A stretch of DNA of 64,000 nt. Origin: an uncultured delta proteobacterium. Its GTDB lineage: Bacteria > Desulfobacterota > Desulfobacteria > Desulfobacterales > B30-G6. Each line of letters begins with the position of its first letter. Positions within the stretch are counted from its first letter, which is position 1. The notes below the pieces were generated by a model, which worked only from the letters and a program-made list of their open reading frames with translations, was not told the origin of the DNA and made no database searches. Shown in pieces: positions 10,346-20,555 of the stretch. The position numbers and the translations under genes were made by a program. The stretch spans positions 320,001-384,000 of the forward strand of contig CAWGLD010000004.1 in assembly GCA_963823335.1 (NCBI GenBank), in the 5' to 3' direction.

Positions 10346-10552
10346 AAAAGATCAGGGTCGGGGGGTTGGAGGGGGATACAAGGGTTGGAGGGTAGCTGAG
10401 GGTTTTCTGCGATGAGCGCCTAAAAGTCTACCGTCTAAACCCCTGAACAGCCATTATTATCCCGGCTTCCAAGCACTGTAAACCCAACAAACGCAACAAA
10501 CACAACGAACACAATAAACCCAAACAACTCATACGCCACCATAGGAAAACGT

Positions 10553-13261
10553 ATGTCCTCTAAGTCACAAAATAAATTCCCTTTTGAACCAGATAAAACC
10601 ATCTTTCTCATTGACGGCAGTGGCTATATTTATCGTGCCTTTCACGCCATCCGCGGTCTCACGAATTCAAAAGGTCTTCCCACCAATGCTGTTTTCGGTT
10701 TTACCCGGATGCTCATGAAACTTCTGGATGACAAAATATCAGACAGAATGGTCATGTTCTTCGACAGCAAAGGACCGACGTTCAGACACGATATGTATGA
10801 GGCCTACAAGGCCAATCGCCCACCCATGCCGGAAGAACTGTCTGTTCAGATCCCCTATATTCACCAGGTCACCCAGGCATTCAATATCCCGGCCTTCGGG
10901 ATGCCGGGCTACGAAGCAGATGACCTGATCGGCACCACTACCAAAAAGGCTGAGGAAGAAGGTTATTTCATCGTGATTGTGACCGGCGACAAGGATTTGA
11001 AACAGCTCATCTCCCATCGTGCCATTGTCTGGGACCCCATGAAAGATACCCTCGTGACCTTGAAGGATATTCAGGCAACCGGCATAACGCCGCCTCAATT
11101 GATCGACGTTATGGGCTTGTCGGGCGATACCTCCGATAATGTTCCAGGGGTACCGGGCATTGGGCCCAAGACAGCACTGTCCCTGATCCAGACCTTCGGG
11201 AACATGGAACAACTTTACGAGCAGGTGCATTCCATCACCAAAAAAAAACAGCATGACAACTTGATCCAATACAAGGACCAGGCGTTGTTGAGCAGGGACC
11301 TGGTCAGGCTGAACACCCAGGCCCCGATCCAATTTCGTGTAGCAGATCTCACGGTCGGCGAACCGGACACTCCGGCACTGGCGAATATTTTCAAGGAACT
11401 TGAATTCACGCAACTGCAGCGACAATTCCCCAAACAGACCGATCTCAGCAAAAAGCGATACCATACCATCCAGGATATCGATTCCCTGGCAACGCTGGTC
11501 TCTCGACTCAAAACAGCCCGCCTCGTGGCCGTGGACACAGAGACGACATCGACAAATCCCATGCTGGCGCAAATGGTCGGTCTCTCTTTTTCAATCCAGC
11601 AGGACGAAGCCTTCTATATTCCCTGTGCCCATCAATATCTGGGTGTGCCTAGCCAGATCCCCCTTGCCAAAGCCCTGGAAATACTGAAGCCTGTTCTCCA
11701 AGATCCGGCGATTCATAAGATTGGCCAGAACATTAAATATGACTGGATTGTCTTCGAAAGACACGGGATCCAGCTAAACGGTATCACCTTTGACACCATG
11801 CTCGCATCCTATCTCATCAACCCCTCCAAACGTGCTCACAATCTGGATCAGATTGCGCTTGACTTTCTCGACCACAAAACCATCACTTACGAAGAGCTTA
11901 CCGGGAAAAAAGGAAAGAAGGCCGCCACTTTCGACACGGTACCCATCGACAAGGCCGCGCCCTATGCCTGTGAAGATGCCGATGTCACACTTATGGCTAG
12001 CCATGTTCTGAATGAGAAAATGGAAGAGCTCGGGCTTTCAAAGCTTTTCCAGGAGGTTGAAATTCCCCTGGTGTCTGTTTTGAAAGATATGGAAATGACG
12101 GGGATCACCGTAGACAAAGATAAGCTCCATGAGCTTTCGAGCTCTTTTGAACACCAACTCAAAGCCATTGAAAAGTCCATCTACGATATCGCCGGGGAAT
12201 CCTTCAATATCAACTCTACGCAACAGCTGGGTATAATTCTGTTCGAAAAGCTCGGTCTTCCCGTCCAGAAAAAAACCCGTAAAAAAACCGGATACTCGAC
12301 GGATGTCGAAGTTCTCACAACCCTTGCCAATCACCACGAACTGCCAAAGCAGGTATTACGACACCGCACTCTGTCCAAACTTAAATCCACATATGCCGAC
12401 GCGCTGATGGGACTCATCCACCCGGAGACAGGCCGTATTCACACATCCTTCAACCAGACTGTCACCGCAACCGGTCGACTCAGCAGTTCCGATCCAAACC
12501 TTCAAAATATTCCCATCAAAACCGAAGAGGGCAAAGAAATTCGGAAGGCATTTATCCCGAAATCCGGTTGGAAAATGCTGTCGGCAGACTATTCCCAGAT
12601 CGAACTTCGTATCCTGGCGCACTATTCCAAAGACAAAATTCTGAGAAATGCCTTCGAGGAAGAAGAGGACATTCACACCCGCACAGCTTCGGAAGTTTTC
12701 CAGGTTTTTCCATCTTTTATCACGGAAGATTTGCGCAGGCAGGCCAAGATCATAAACTTTGGTATCATATACGGTATGAGCCCCTTCGGGCTGGCCAAAG
12801 CGCTCAATATCAGCCAGAAGATGGCCAAAGCCTATATCGAAAATTATTTTGGAAGATACAAAGGCGTCAAGACATTTATCGATCAGAGTATCGAGAACAC
12901 CAGAAAATCCGGTCAGACCACCACGCTCCTGGGCAGGATTCGTCTGCTTCCTGAAATCAACAGCAAGAACGTGAACGAACGACGATTTGCGGAACGAACC
13001 GCCATTAACACACCCATCCAGGGCACAGCCGCCGACCTGATCAAAGTCGCCATGATTCATGTGGATAGGGAGCTGAAATCCCAAAACATGAAAACCGCCA
13101 TGCTTCTTTCGGTTCACGACGAGATTGTCTTCGAGGTCCCGCCTGAAGAGGTCGATACCGCATCTGCCCTGATAAAAGAGAAAATGGAATCGGTATGGGA
13201 TCTGAACGTCCCGTTGAAGGTGAATATCGAGGTGGGCAACAACTGGGCCTCCGCCCATTAA
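10553..13261 (+). CDS. polA: DNA polymerase I
   Basis: 5'-3' exonuclease (LIDGSGYIYRAFHA), 3'-5' exonuclease (DTET), and polymerase motifs ADYSQIELR, KIINFGIIYG and VHDE. Confidence 0.98.
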   Translation: MSSKSQNKFPFEPDKTIFLIDGSGYIYRAFHAIRGLTNSKGLPTNAVFGFTRMLMKLLDDKISDRMVMFFDSKGPTFRHDMYEAYKANRPPMPEELSVQIPYIHQVTQAFNIPAFGMPGYEADDLIGTTTKKAEEEGYFIVIVTGDKDLKQLISHRAIVWDPMKDTLVTLKDIQATGITPPQLIDVMGLSGDTSDNVPGVPGIGPKTALSLIQTFGNMEQLYEQVHSITKKKQHDNLIQYKDQALLSRDLVRLNTQAPIQFRVADLTVGEPDTPALANIFKELEFTQLQRQFPKQTDLSKKRYHTIQDIDSLATLVSRLKTARLVAVDTETTSTNPMLAQMVGLSFSIQQDEAFYIPCAHQYLGVPSQIPLAKALEILKPVLQDPAIHKIGQNIKYDWIVFERHGIQLNGITFDTMLASYLINPSKRAHNLDQIALDFLDHKTITYEELTGKKGKKAATFDTVPIDKAAPYACEDADVTLMASHVLNEKMEELGLSKLFQEVEIPLVSVLKDMEMTGITVDKDKLHELSSSFEHQLKAIEKSIYDIAGESFNINSTQQLGIILFEKLGLPVQKKTRKKTGYSTDVEVLTTLANHHELPKQVLRHRTLSKLKSTYADALMGLIHPETGRIHTSFNQTVTATGRLSSSDPNLQNIPIKTEEGKEIRKAFIPKSGWKMLSADYSQIELRILAHYSKDKILRNAFEEEEDIHTRTASEVFQVFPSFITEDLRRQAKIINFGIIYGMSPFGLAKALNISQKMAKAYIENYFGRYKGVKTFIDQSIENTRKSGQTTTLLGRIRLLPEINSKNVNERRFAERTAINTPIQGTAADLIKVAMIHVDRELKSQNMKTAMLLSVHDEIVFEVPPEEVDTASALIKEKMESVWDLNVPLKVNIEVGNNWASAH

Positions 13262-13406
13262 AAGTGGTTTCAAAAGCTCCCCTCGAATCCAATCTCGGCG
13301 TTGGAACGATGCGTTTAATCCTCGAAATACCACATGTATTCCTCCGGTTAAACGCCTCGCTCCGCCTTGATCTTGAACCCGATTGAAACTTTTGAAACCA
13401 CTTTTA
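13259..13406 (+). mobile_element. 148-bp MITE-like hairpin element, copy 1
   Basis: Perfect 18-bp TIR taaaagtggtttcaaaag / cttttgaaaccactttta, beginning at the polA TAA. Confidence 0.8.
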
Positions 13407-13425
13407 TGGGGGTATATCCTACTGT

Positions 13426-13562
13426 CTCATTTCCGCGAAGGCGGGGCACAATGTGAAGCTTTAGCGCTATCCAGAAGAACACTGGATGCCCCCGGCTAAC
13501 CACTTGCCGGGGCAGGCTTATCAAGCTTGTCCCCGACCTGATCGGGGATCCGGCATGACGGA
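13426..13562. repeat. Nested REP-like palindromes (GTCATTCCCGCGAAGGCGGGAATCC-type and CTTGTCCCCGACCTGATCGGGGATCC-type)
   Basis: Degenerate matches to the copies at 14081, 50785 and 58285. Confidence 0.55.
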
Positions 13563-13711
13563 GTCGGCTATTTTGTTGCCAGGTTAATATAAAATGTCCG
13601 GGTCAAGCTGGCTCATGCAAATCTGATGGCGCATAAATTACGTAATTTATAAAATGCCTGAGATTACTTTTTGCAATGAGCAATATTTTGATAAGTTGTT
13701 TGCAATAGGTA

Positions 13712-13859
13712 TAAAAGTGGTCGTAAAATCTTCAGTCGGATTCAAGTTCAAGGCGGACGGGAGCGTTCAACCACAGGAATACCCGGGTATTTCGAGGATT
13801 GAACACTTTCGTCCAACGCAGAAATTGGATTCGAGGGGAGATTGTACGACCACTTTTTA
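13712..13859 (-). mobile_element. 148-bp MITE-like hairpin element, copy 2 (inverted)
   Basis: Reverse complement aligns end-to-end with 13259..13406; TIR aaaagtggtcgta / tacgaccactttt. Confidence 0.8.
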
Positions 13860-14018
13860 GTCGTCTTCGGAGAGTAACCCCAAGGCCGTCTCCTTAATGG
13901 TCAGGTGTACACTCTTGAACGTCTCGTTGAAACCAGCAGGGGAAACCCTTCCAGCTTCAATAAATTTGACGACGATCTCTTTTGTCGCTTTTAAAATCTG
14001 CTCATCCATGCTGGCCAT
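13857..14018 (-). CDS. Small 53-aa hypothetical protein
   Basis: aaggtga RBS, ATG 14018, MASMDEQILKATKEIVVKFIEAGRVSPAGFNETFKSVHLTIKETALGLLSEDD*. Shorter than any ORF in the track. Confidence 0.75.
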   Translation of the reverse strand: MASMDEQILKATKEIVVKFIEAGRVSPAGFNETFKSVHLTIKETALGLLSEDD

Positions 14019-14080
14019 ACATATCACCTTTTGTTAGCAATCAAAATTGTCGCTTCTCAATAACCCCTGGTAATAGCCCT

Positions 14081-14107
14081 GAATTCCCGCGGAGGCGGGA
14101 ATCCAGA
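14081..14107. repeat. REP-like palindrome
   Basis: gaattcccgcggaggcgggaatccag. Confidence 0.65.
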
Positions 14108-14182
14108 ATGTTCATCTAATATATTATTACCCGAACCAATTAGAAATTGATCAAAACCTACATAACCGACGTAAAATATTTT

Positions 14183-14230
14183 TAAACTGAAGCGTACCCT
14201 GCGGCATGCCGCAGGGTACGCTTCAGTTTA
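14183..14230. repeat. Perfect 48-bp palindrome
   Basis: taaactgaagcgtaccctgcggca|tgccgcagggtacgcttcagttta is self-complementary. Confidence 0.9.
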
Positions 14231-14313
14231 GTTTGACAAATCCACAGTTCTCTATTAGGACAGAAATCGTTTGAAACCTGCAAAAACACTTTTTCTGAAA
14301 TGGAAGGTATACC

Positions 14314-14718
14314 ATGAGCCCTCAGTCCGATCAATATACAACCCATTACACCATCGAGCATCCGGACATCATCAGCAAGAACATGATCGATCCCATCGAT
14401 TACCAATATCGAGACAAGCGAGACGTGGATATCACTATCCGGCAACCGGAATTCACATCCGTATGCCCCATGACCGGTCTGCCCGATTTCGGCCGTATCA
14501 CCATTCAGTATGTCCCGGACAGCAAAATAGTCGAGTTGAAATCTCTCAAATATTATCTGCTGCAGTATCGAAACGTCGGAATATTTTACGAGCACGTCGT
14601 CAATCGAATTCTGGACGACCTGGTGACCATGCTGAAACCCAAATCCATGAAAGTGACCGGGGATTTTACATCCCGCGGCGGCATCGACACCACGGTTTGC
14701 GCGGCTTACAATACATAA
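14314..14718 (+). CDS. queF: NADPH-dependent 7-cyano-7-deazaguanine (preQ0) reductase
   Basis: PEFTSVCPMTGLPDFG, VELKSLKYYL and RGGI motifs; unimodular size. Confidence 0.95.
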   Translation: MSPQSDQYTTHYTIEHPDIISKNMIDPIDYQYRDKRDVDITIRQPEFTSVCPMTGLPDFGRITIQYVPDSKIVELKSLKYYLLQYRNVGIFYEHVVNRILDDLVTMLKPKSMKVTGDFTSRGGIDTTVCAAYNT

Positions 14719-14919
14719 TTTGCACTTTTCAAAATGGAGCAAGGGGTAAATTTCCCTTTGTGCTGAATAAGACAATGTGCTGTCATTTGCTGCGCGACAT
14801 TAATTGTCATTTACTTCGTGTCATTCATTGTTGCTAAACGATCATAGTAGCTTGTCTCGATTCCAAGGCCCCTCCAAACCTCCAACCATAAAACCCTGCA
14901 TAGAACGCACCTGTGCGTT

Positions 14920-16302
14920 CTATGCCCTGCACGCCAGCAGCGGATACTTTACAAACGCTACAGTGGCATCCTTTCCGTGCCGTTCCCGGGCCATGTCAAT
15001 CGCCACCTCAACTGTCTGGGCGGGCTCGAAACCCACGTGACTCACCAGGGAAGGATTCTCGGCCCCCGCCACGATGACATGCCCGGCATGCCGCAGCCGC
15101 TTCAAGGGGTGGGTCACCATGATACCGTGCATGGGGTGAAACCCGTAGCAATATCGGTACTTGTAGATATATTCCGGCCGGTGGGCAAAGTCTTCTTCGA
15201 ACAGATCCACAATCTTGTAGGGATCCCGGTAATACGGTAGAATTTTTTCCCAGATTTCCCTGTGCGTGGGGTGGTGCTCATGATGCCAGACATCCGGAAC
15301 CGGGCTGGCCAGGATAACGGTGCAGCCGGGTTTTCCCATGGCCTCGATAACACCCCCGAAATAGCCAAGACCTGTGGATATCATCGTGAGCATGGGGTTC
15401 ATGACCGAAAAGGCTGCATATGGGCTCCAGTTCGGTATGCCGTATAAAACAATATCGGCCTTTTCCTTCAAAATATCCCGCCGGGGCTTGAGTTCCGTCC
15501 TCATCAGTTCCAGTGCGGCCTGACGGCATTCAGAAATACCCCCAGCCCACACCTTATGCACCTGGAGAGGATTTGCCAGGACCGTTTCGATCTTGAATAT
15601 GCGATCTTTACCGATGCTTTCTTCCACCAGTTCTCCCATCTCATCCAGAATTTCGTGCATCCTGTTTTTATTCATGGACATGGACATGCTGTCGGGTGTG
15701 TGATGCCACCGAATACACCTATACGATGCCAGACCCACGCAGATTGACTTCCAGCCCCCGTTGAATCCCCGCCATACCACGGTGTTGATATACACGGTGA
15801 GATCGGAATCGGTTACCAGCTTGTTGAGCTCCACCTCATACCCGTTTCGAGTGCTACCGAGATATGACAGGTTGCTTTGATCCTCTGCATCATGGCAGAT
15901 CAGCCGGTAACCAAACTCTTTTACCAGGTCTTCGCCGATAATTCCGGCCAGTTCGCGTCTCGTAAATTTTCTATGAATACCGCCGGCACTCACAAGCGTT
16001 ATGTTGGAACGTTTGACACCCCCTTTTTCCAGTTCCCCAATGACCAGTTTTATAGCGGGTTCCCATACCGGTGCAAAACACGGTACCGTGGGATCATCAA
16101 ACGCGATGGTTACCCTTGAACTCGGTGCCACGAGTTCATGCAGCGGCGGTCTGCCCAGCGGGTTCTGAAGCGCTTTTTGGATACTGCCCTTGATATCATC
16201 TGTTGCCGTCAAAGTGGTCGAAAGACCCGGAGGAGCGGTTATTACATTGTCCGGAAGGGTTACGGGGATGGATTTAGCGCCAAAAACGATCTGTTCCTGC
16301 AT
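14920..16302 (-). CDS. Lactate racemase (LarA/DUF2088)-domain protein
   Basis: ALQNPLG, TIAFDDPT, GGIHR, CHDAED and GFNGGWKS motifs; aggagg RBS. Confidence 0.75.
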   Translation of the reverse strand: MQEQIVFGAKSIPVTLPDNVITAPPGLSTTLTATDDIKGSIQKALQNPLGRPPLHELVAPSSRVTIAFDDPTVPCFAPVWEPAIKLVIGELEKGGVKRSNITLVSAGGIHRKFTRRELAGIIGEDLVKEFGYRLICHDAEDQSNLSYLGSTRNGYEVELNKLVTDSDLTVYINTVVWRGFNGGWKSICVGLASYRCIRWHHTPDSMSMSMNKNRMHEILDEMGELVEESIGKDRIFKIETVLANPLQVHKVWAGGISECRQAALELMRTELKPRRDILKEKADIVLYGIPNWSPYAAFSVMNPMLTMISTGLGYFGGVIEAMGKPGCTVILASPVPDVWHHEHHPTHREIWEKILPYYRDPYKIVDLFEEDFAHRPEYIYKYRYCYGFHPMHGIMVTHPLKRLRHAGHVIVAGAENPSLVSHVGFEPAQTVEVAIDMARERHGKDATVAFVKYPLLACRA

Positions 16303-16557
16303 GGGGAACCTCCTTTATTTCAAGGGATCGAGGGTAGCTGACAGCTACGAGCAGAGAGCAACTTACCAGCTTTCAAGCGTCCGCAGCGTCCCAACATACA
16401 GGGATCCGAGGGGGACAAGGGTTCAGCTTTTAGATAAAAGCTCTATGCTGTCTGCAGCCTCCCAGCATCATAGCTTCCTGGCTTCCCAGCCTTCCTCCCG
16501 GTTTCCCAGCCTCAAACCATTATCAGAATCCAAGAGGAATGAAAATGGTGAATACAA

Positions 16558-17553
16558 TCATTGTGGCTGAACCCTGTAAATTCTGATGGGCTTGTCCACG
16601 CCTTTGACCGGCACATGTTCAAGCGGTCGTACAACGATCTTGTCCGACAGGCGGGCCAGGGTGTCTTCCGAAATCAGGACCTCGCCTTCCCGGGCCAGGC
16701 CCTGCAGTCGGGCAGCGATGTTGACCGCCATGCCAATGGAGGTGAACTCCTTTTTTCGTACAGATCCCAGAACACCCGAAAAGACCTTGCCTGTGGAAAT
16801 ACCGATTCCCAGACGCAGTCGAAAACCATTCTTTTGACTCAGGCCCTCATTGATTTCACGCGCCTTTGCCTGCATCGCCACGGCAGACCTGACCGCCATG
16901 GCCGGGTCATCCTCGCCCGTATCCGGTATGCCGTAAACCACCATCATGCTGTCGCCGATATGTTTGTCCACAGTCCCGTGAAAACTGTGGGCAATCTCAC
17001 CCATGGGAGTAAAAAAATGATCATTCAGGTAATGAGCCAGCATTTCAGGCGGGATATCCCGGGACATCCGCGTGAAACCGCGGATATCGGAAAAGAGTAT
17101 CGAGACCTCGTGATACCTCGGTTTCAATATGCCGGCCGAATTGTTCATCTCCTGGAACACCGACTCGGGCACAAACTGCCGGAGATATTTTCGGACCGAT
17201 ATGTCGTGGATCTTGGCCCTGAGTTCCATGTTGTCGAAAGGCTTTGTCAAAAACCCGTCGATGCCCTGATTGGTTGCCTCGATGGCTGTCTCCACCGACG
17301 CATACCCCGTCAGGATGATCCGGGTGATTTCCGGATTCAGTTTGTATACAGCCATCAGGGTCTGCAGCCCATCGATGCCCGGCATTCGGAAATCCGATAT
17401 GACCGTGCTGATTCGGGACACATGTCTTTTCAGCATGTCGATGCCGCTGTTTCCGTCACCGGCAGTGAACACTTCGTAAAACTCCTTGTCCAGGGCTCTG
17501 ACAATGGATCGACGGATCCCCTCTTCGTCATCGATAAACAGTAGTCCGGTCAT
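16558..17553 (-). CDS. Receiver domain plus class III adenylate/guanylate cyclase
   Basis: REC domain (FIDDE, SDFRMPG, KPF); cyclase motifs FSDIRGFT, DKHIGD and VNIAARLQ. Confidence 0.92.
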   Translation of the reverse strand: MTGLLFIDDEEGIRRSIVRALDKEFYEVFTAGDGNSGIDMLKRHVSRISTVISDFRMPGIDGLQTLMAVYKLNPEITRIILTGYASVETAIEATNQGIDGFLTKPFDNMELRAKIHDISVRKYLRQFVPESVFQEMNNSAGILKPRYHEVSILFSDIRGFTRMSRDIPPEMLAHYLNDHFFTPMGEIAHSFHGTVDKHIGDSMMVVYGIPDTGEDDPAMAVRSAVAMQAKAREINEGLSQKNGFRLRLGIGISTGKVFSGVLGSVRKKEFTSIGMAVNIAARLQGLAREGEVLISEDTLARLSDKIVVRPLEHVPVKGVDKPIRIYRVQPQ

Positions 17554-17902
17554 GACAGATCTCCTAAACCCAGCATTGCATGATGTCACACACGTTGTCT
17601 GCGTTCTTCAACATGTCATAAATTCAATTGATTTCAATACGGGAAACATATGCATTCACTACGGTATCAAGTTGCGTAGCAATGAGATACCGTAGAAGCA
17701 GCCTGATGGGGATTGAAGAACCTTGCAGCCAACCACGGGGAAAGTTCTGCCGTACAGCAGGGGCATGTTGACCTTTTCAGTCGTGCGCTTATCCTGTAAA
17801 AATAACTTGTTATTGCTAATATTTACTTGTTGTGCTATAAACATGCCTGCCTTGATTAAGTCTGAGAGATTTTATCGAATTAGAATTAAAAGAGATGTGT
17901 TG

Positions 17903-18175
17903 ATGAATACAACGCGCAAAATATTCTTTTTAGTGGTAGCAGTTATTTTAGTCAGCAATACCGTAATTTCTGACCGGCTATATTTTAAATTTAATCCAAA
18001 TGATAGTGGCACAAACCTTTTATACAGCCCTTCTATCGATCCAACTTCTGCGGATTCCATTAAAATTAATTTAAAACCGATTATTCTCCTCCTCTGCATT
18101 GGACTTGTTGGGATTGTCGTGTTTGCTAGACAGCAAATAGGGAATAAAAAAGATGATAAGGACATCGAAGCCTGA
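17903..18175 (+). CDS. Small membrane protein, AT-rich
   Basis: N-terminal signal-like helix and a C-terminal TM segment followed by basic residues. Confidence 0.55.
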   Translation: MNTTRKIFFLVVAVILVSNTVISDRLYFKFNPNDSGTNLLYSPSIDPTSADSIKINLKPIILLLCIGLVGIVVFARQQIGNKKDDKDIEA

Positions 18176-18418
18176 CAATAATGGAAGACGCTCCGGTTCA
18201 GATCGGCGCCAGTTTTCGTATGCCTTCCATCTTCCTGAACGAAGATCAATCGAAGATCGAAGAAAGGTTGTGGATAGGCGCATTTCTCAGAATCAGCAGC
18301 ATACTCAATGAAAATAAAGAGATCTTGAACGGTTTCCGGATATAGCTGGTTACGCTCTCACTTTTGCGGTTCGAGCTTCCGCGACATCTCCTGTCATGAC
18401 GACAAACAGCGGAACCGA

Positions 18419-19198
18419 TTATCCGGGTATATCTCCCACCCCGGAAAGAATGTATCGCGGATGATAGGCGAACTGCTCGAGATCTTCTTCGCTGGTGACC
18501 CCGCTGAGCACAAGCACGGTATCGATATCCGAATGGATACCGGCGATGATGTCTGTGTCCATCCGGTCACCGACTATGGCCGTGTCCTCTCTCTCGCAGC
18601 CCAGTAATTTCCTGCCGTGACGCATCATGATCGGATTGGGTTTCCCCACGAAGTAAGCTTTCCTACCGCTAGCCAGCTCGATTGGAGCAATCAGTGCGCC
18701 GGTAGCAGGGGCGAAGTCCTTGCCCAGCTTGTCGGTCAGGTCCGGATTGGCGCCAATAAGTTTGGCGCCGTTTCGAACGAGCCGTACAGCGCGTTCGATC
18801 TTTTCATAGTTGTAAGAACGACTCTCTCCCACCACCACGTAGTCCGGGTTGATTTCGTTCATGGAATAACCGATCTCGTACAGTGCGTTGATCAGCCCTG
18901 CCTCGCCGATTACATAGGCACTGCCGTTGGGACGCTGGGATGCCAAAAAGCTGGCTGTGGCCAGGGCGCTGGTGTAAAAATGGGTCGACTCCACCTGGAT
19001 ACCAAGGCGATCGAGTTTTTCTTTGAGTTCACGCGGGGACTTCTCGCTGCTGTTGGTCAGAAACAGATATTTCTTGTTTTCCTTTTTGAGCCAGTCCACA
19101 AATGCCTGTGCTCCCGGCAGCAAGTGGTCCCCGTGGTAAATGACCCCGTCCATGTCGCAGATGAACCCTTGTTTTTTCCTGAGAAGATCAAAATCCAT
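18419..19198 (-). CDS. HAD-IIA hydrolase (NagD-like)
   Basis: CDMDGVIY, LTNSS, GKPNP, VGDRMDTDI and LVLSG motifs. Confidence 0.92.
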   Translation of the reverse strand: MDFDLLRKKQGFICDMDGVIYHGDHLLPGAQAFVDWLKKENKKYLFLTNSSEKSPRELKEKLDRLGIQVESTHFYTSALATASFLASQRPNGSAYVIGEAGLINALYEIGYSMNEINPDYVVVGESRSYNYEKIERAVRLVRNGAKLIGANPDLTDKLGKDFAPATGALIAPIELASGRKAYFVGKPNPIMMRHGRKLLGCEREDTAIVGDRMDTDIIAGIHSDIDTVLVLSGVTSEEDLEQFAYHPRYILSGVGDIPG

Positions 19199-19335
19199 AG
19201 CTAATGCCCTTTCTGCTCCGCAGGCGGCAAGTCCGGATGCAACACCCGGATCGATCCCCTGGGAAACACGATGATGCAGACGCAATATGTGCGCCATCTA
19301 CAAGAGTTGACATTGGTAAATGAAATTTTAAACTT

Positions 19336-20322
19336 TTATATTTCGGTTTTGATCGATATTTCCAGCGATTCGCGATATCGCTCGATCAACTCCAGGGCTT
19401 GTTCTTCGGTGGAGATACGTTTGATGGATTCACGAAAATGTCTGGCGTGGGGCAAGCCTTTCACGAACCAGGCAAGTCTGCTGCGCATCATATAGCAGGC
19501 CTGTTCCTCACCAAAATAAACCACGGAAGCCCCCAGGTAGCGTTTCATCATGCAAAATCGCGCTGGGAGATCGGTTTCCAAAGACTCCCGGCCTTTCAGC
19601 AAGGCGTTAATCTGTTCGAATATCCATGGATTGCCGATCGCCGCCCGCCCCACCATTATGGCATCGCAACCGGTTTCCGTCACCATCCGGATCGCGTCCC
19701 GGGCTGTGACAATATCGCCGTTGCCTATGACCGGTATGGATACCATGCGCTTGATCTCAGATATGACCTGCCAGTCAGCCCGACCTTTAAAACCCTGTGA
19801 CGCCAGTCGGGGGTGAATGGCTATCGCATCCACCCCTTCCCTCTCCGCGATTGCCGCAATGATCCGCGCATCCTCCCCGTTGCTTTCCCAGCCAGTCCTG
19901 ATTTTGATTGTCAAGGGTATCTTGATTGCCGCGCGAACTGACCTGATAACGGCTTCCGCCAGGTCGGGTTGTTTCATCAGAGCTGCCCCGGAACCGCTTT
20001 TCAATACCTTTTTCACCGAACAGCCAAAGTTGATGTCGACAATATCGGCCCCGGATAATTCAACGATTTTTGCCGCCGCGGCCATAATGTCCGGATCCGA
20101 CCCGAAAATCTGCACCGAGAGAGGTTTTTCCTCAGCTTCACTCTCCAGAAGTTTCTCGGTTTTTGCGGATTGATGGACAAGCCCGTTGGAACTGATCATC
20201 TCCGAGCATACAAGACCGCACCCCGCTTCTTTTGCAATCAGACGCATGGGCAGGTTGGTAATACCGGCCAGGGGGGCCAGAACCGTGACATTGTCTAATT
20301 TGACGTTTCCAATTTGCAGCAT
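19336..20322 (-). CDS. dusB: tRNA-dihydrouridine synthase B
   Basis: LAPLAG, QIFG, DINFGC, TIKIR, GNGDI and MVGR motifs. Confidence 0.93.
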   Translation of the reverse strand: MLQIGNVKLDNVTVLAPLAGITNLPMRLIAKEAGCGLVCSEMISSNGLVHQSAKTEKLLESEAEEKPLSVQIFGSDPDIMAAAAKIVELSGADIVDINFGCSVKKVLKSGSGAALMKQPDLAEAVIRSVRAAIKIPLTIKIRTGWESNGEDARIIAAIAEREGVDAIAIHPRLASQGFKGRADWQVISEIKRMVSIPVIGNGDIVTARDAIRMVTETGCDAIMVGRAAIGNPWIFEQINALLKGRESLETDLPARFCMMKRYLGASVVYFGEEQACYMMRSRLAWFVKGLPHARHFRESIKRISTEEQALELIERYRESLEISIKTEI

Positions 20323-20555
20323 GTTGTTATCTCGAGTATAAAAATGGATCTTCTCCCGGTTAGTCGGGAGAAAGGGCTAAAGGGTTCAAGGATTCAAGGG
20401 TTTGTTTTTCAAGGATTTGATCATCGTTTTTAGTCAATCAAATCGAGAGATTGTCAAGCTTGCCGTAGCTGCAAGAAAGATGCCGTCCCGCTATAGTGGA
20501 CTATGCGGTATGGCATCTGACACAGCAGATGCGGTAAGATCGACAATCTCTCAGC

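Noticed and set aside
13654-13860. 68-aa ORF (likewise 13195..13386, 21865..22134 and 51255..51494)
   Set aside because: These are translations of repeat or MITE sequence with no protein-like features.
14231-14313. preQ1 riboswitch upstream of queF
   Set aside because: I could not recognise a preQ1 aptamer consensus. An Rfam scan would be decisive.
16561-17544. Long antisense ORFs (also 10739..11572, 12356..13333, 32195..33061, 34649..35566, 56089..57225 and 62928..63770)
   Set aside because: They lie opposite well-supported genes, as expected from codon bias, and have no motifs of their own.
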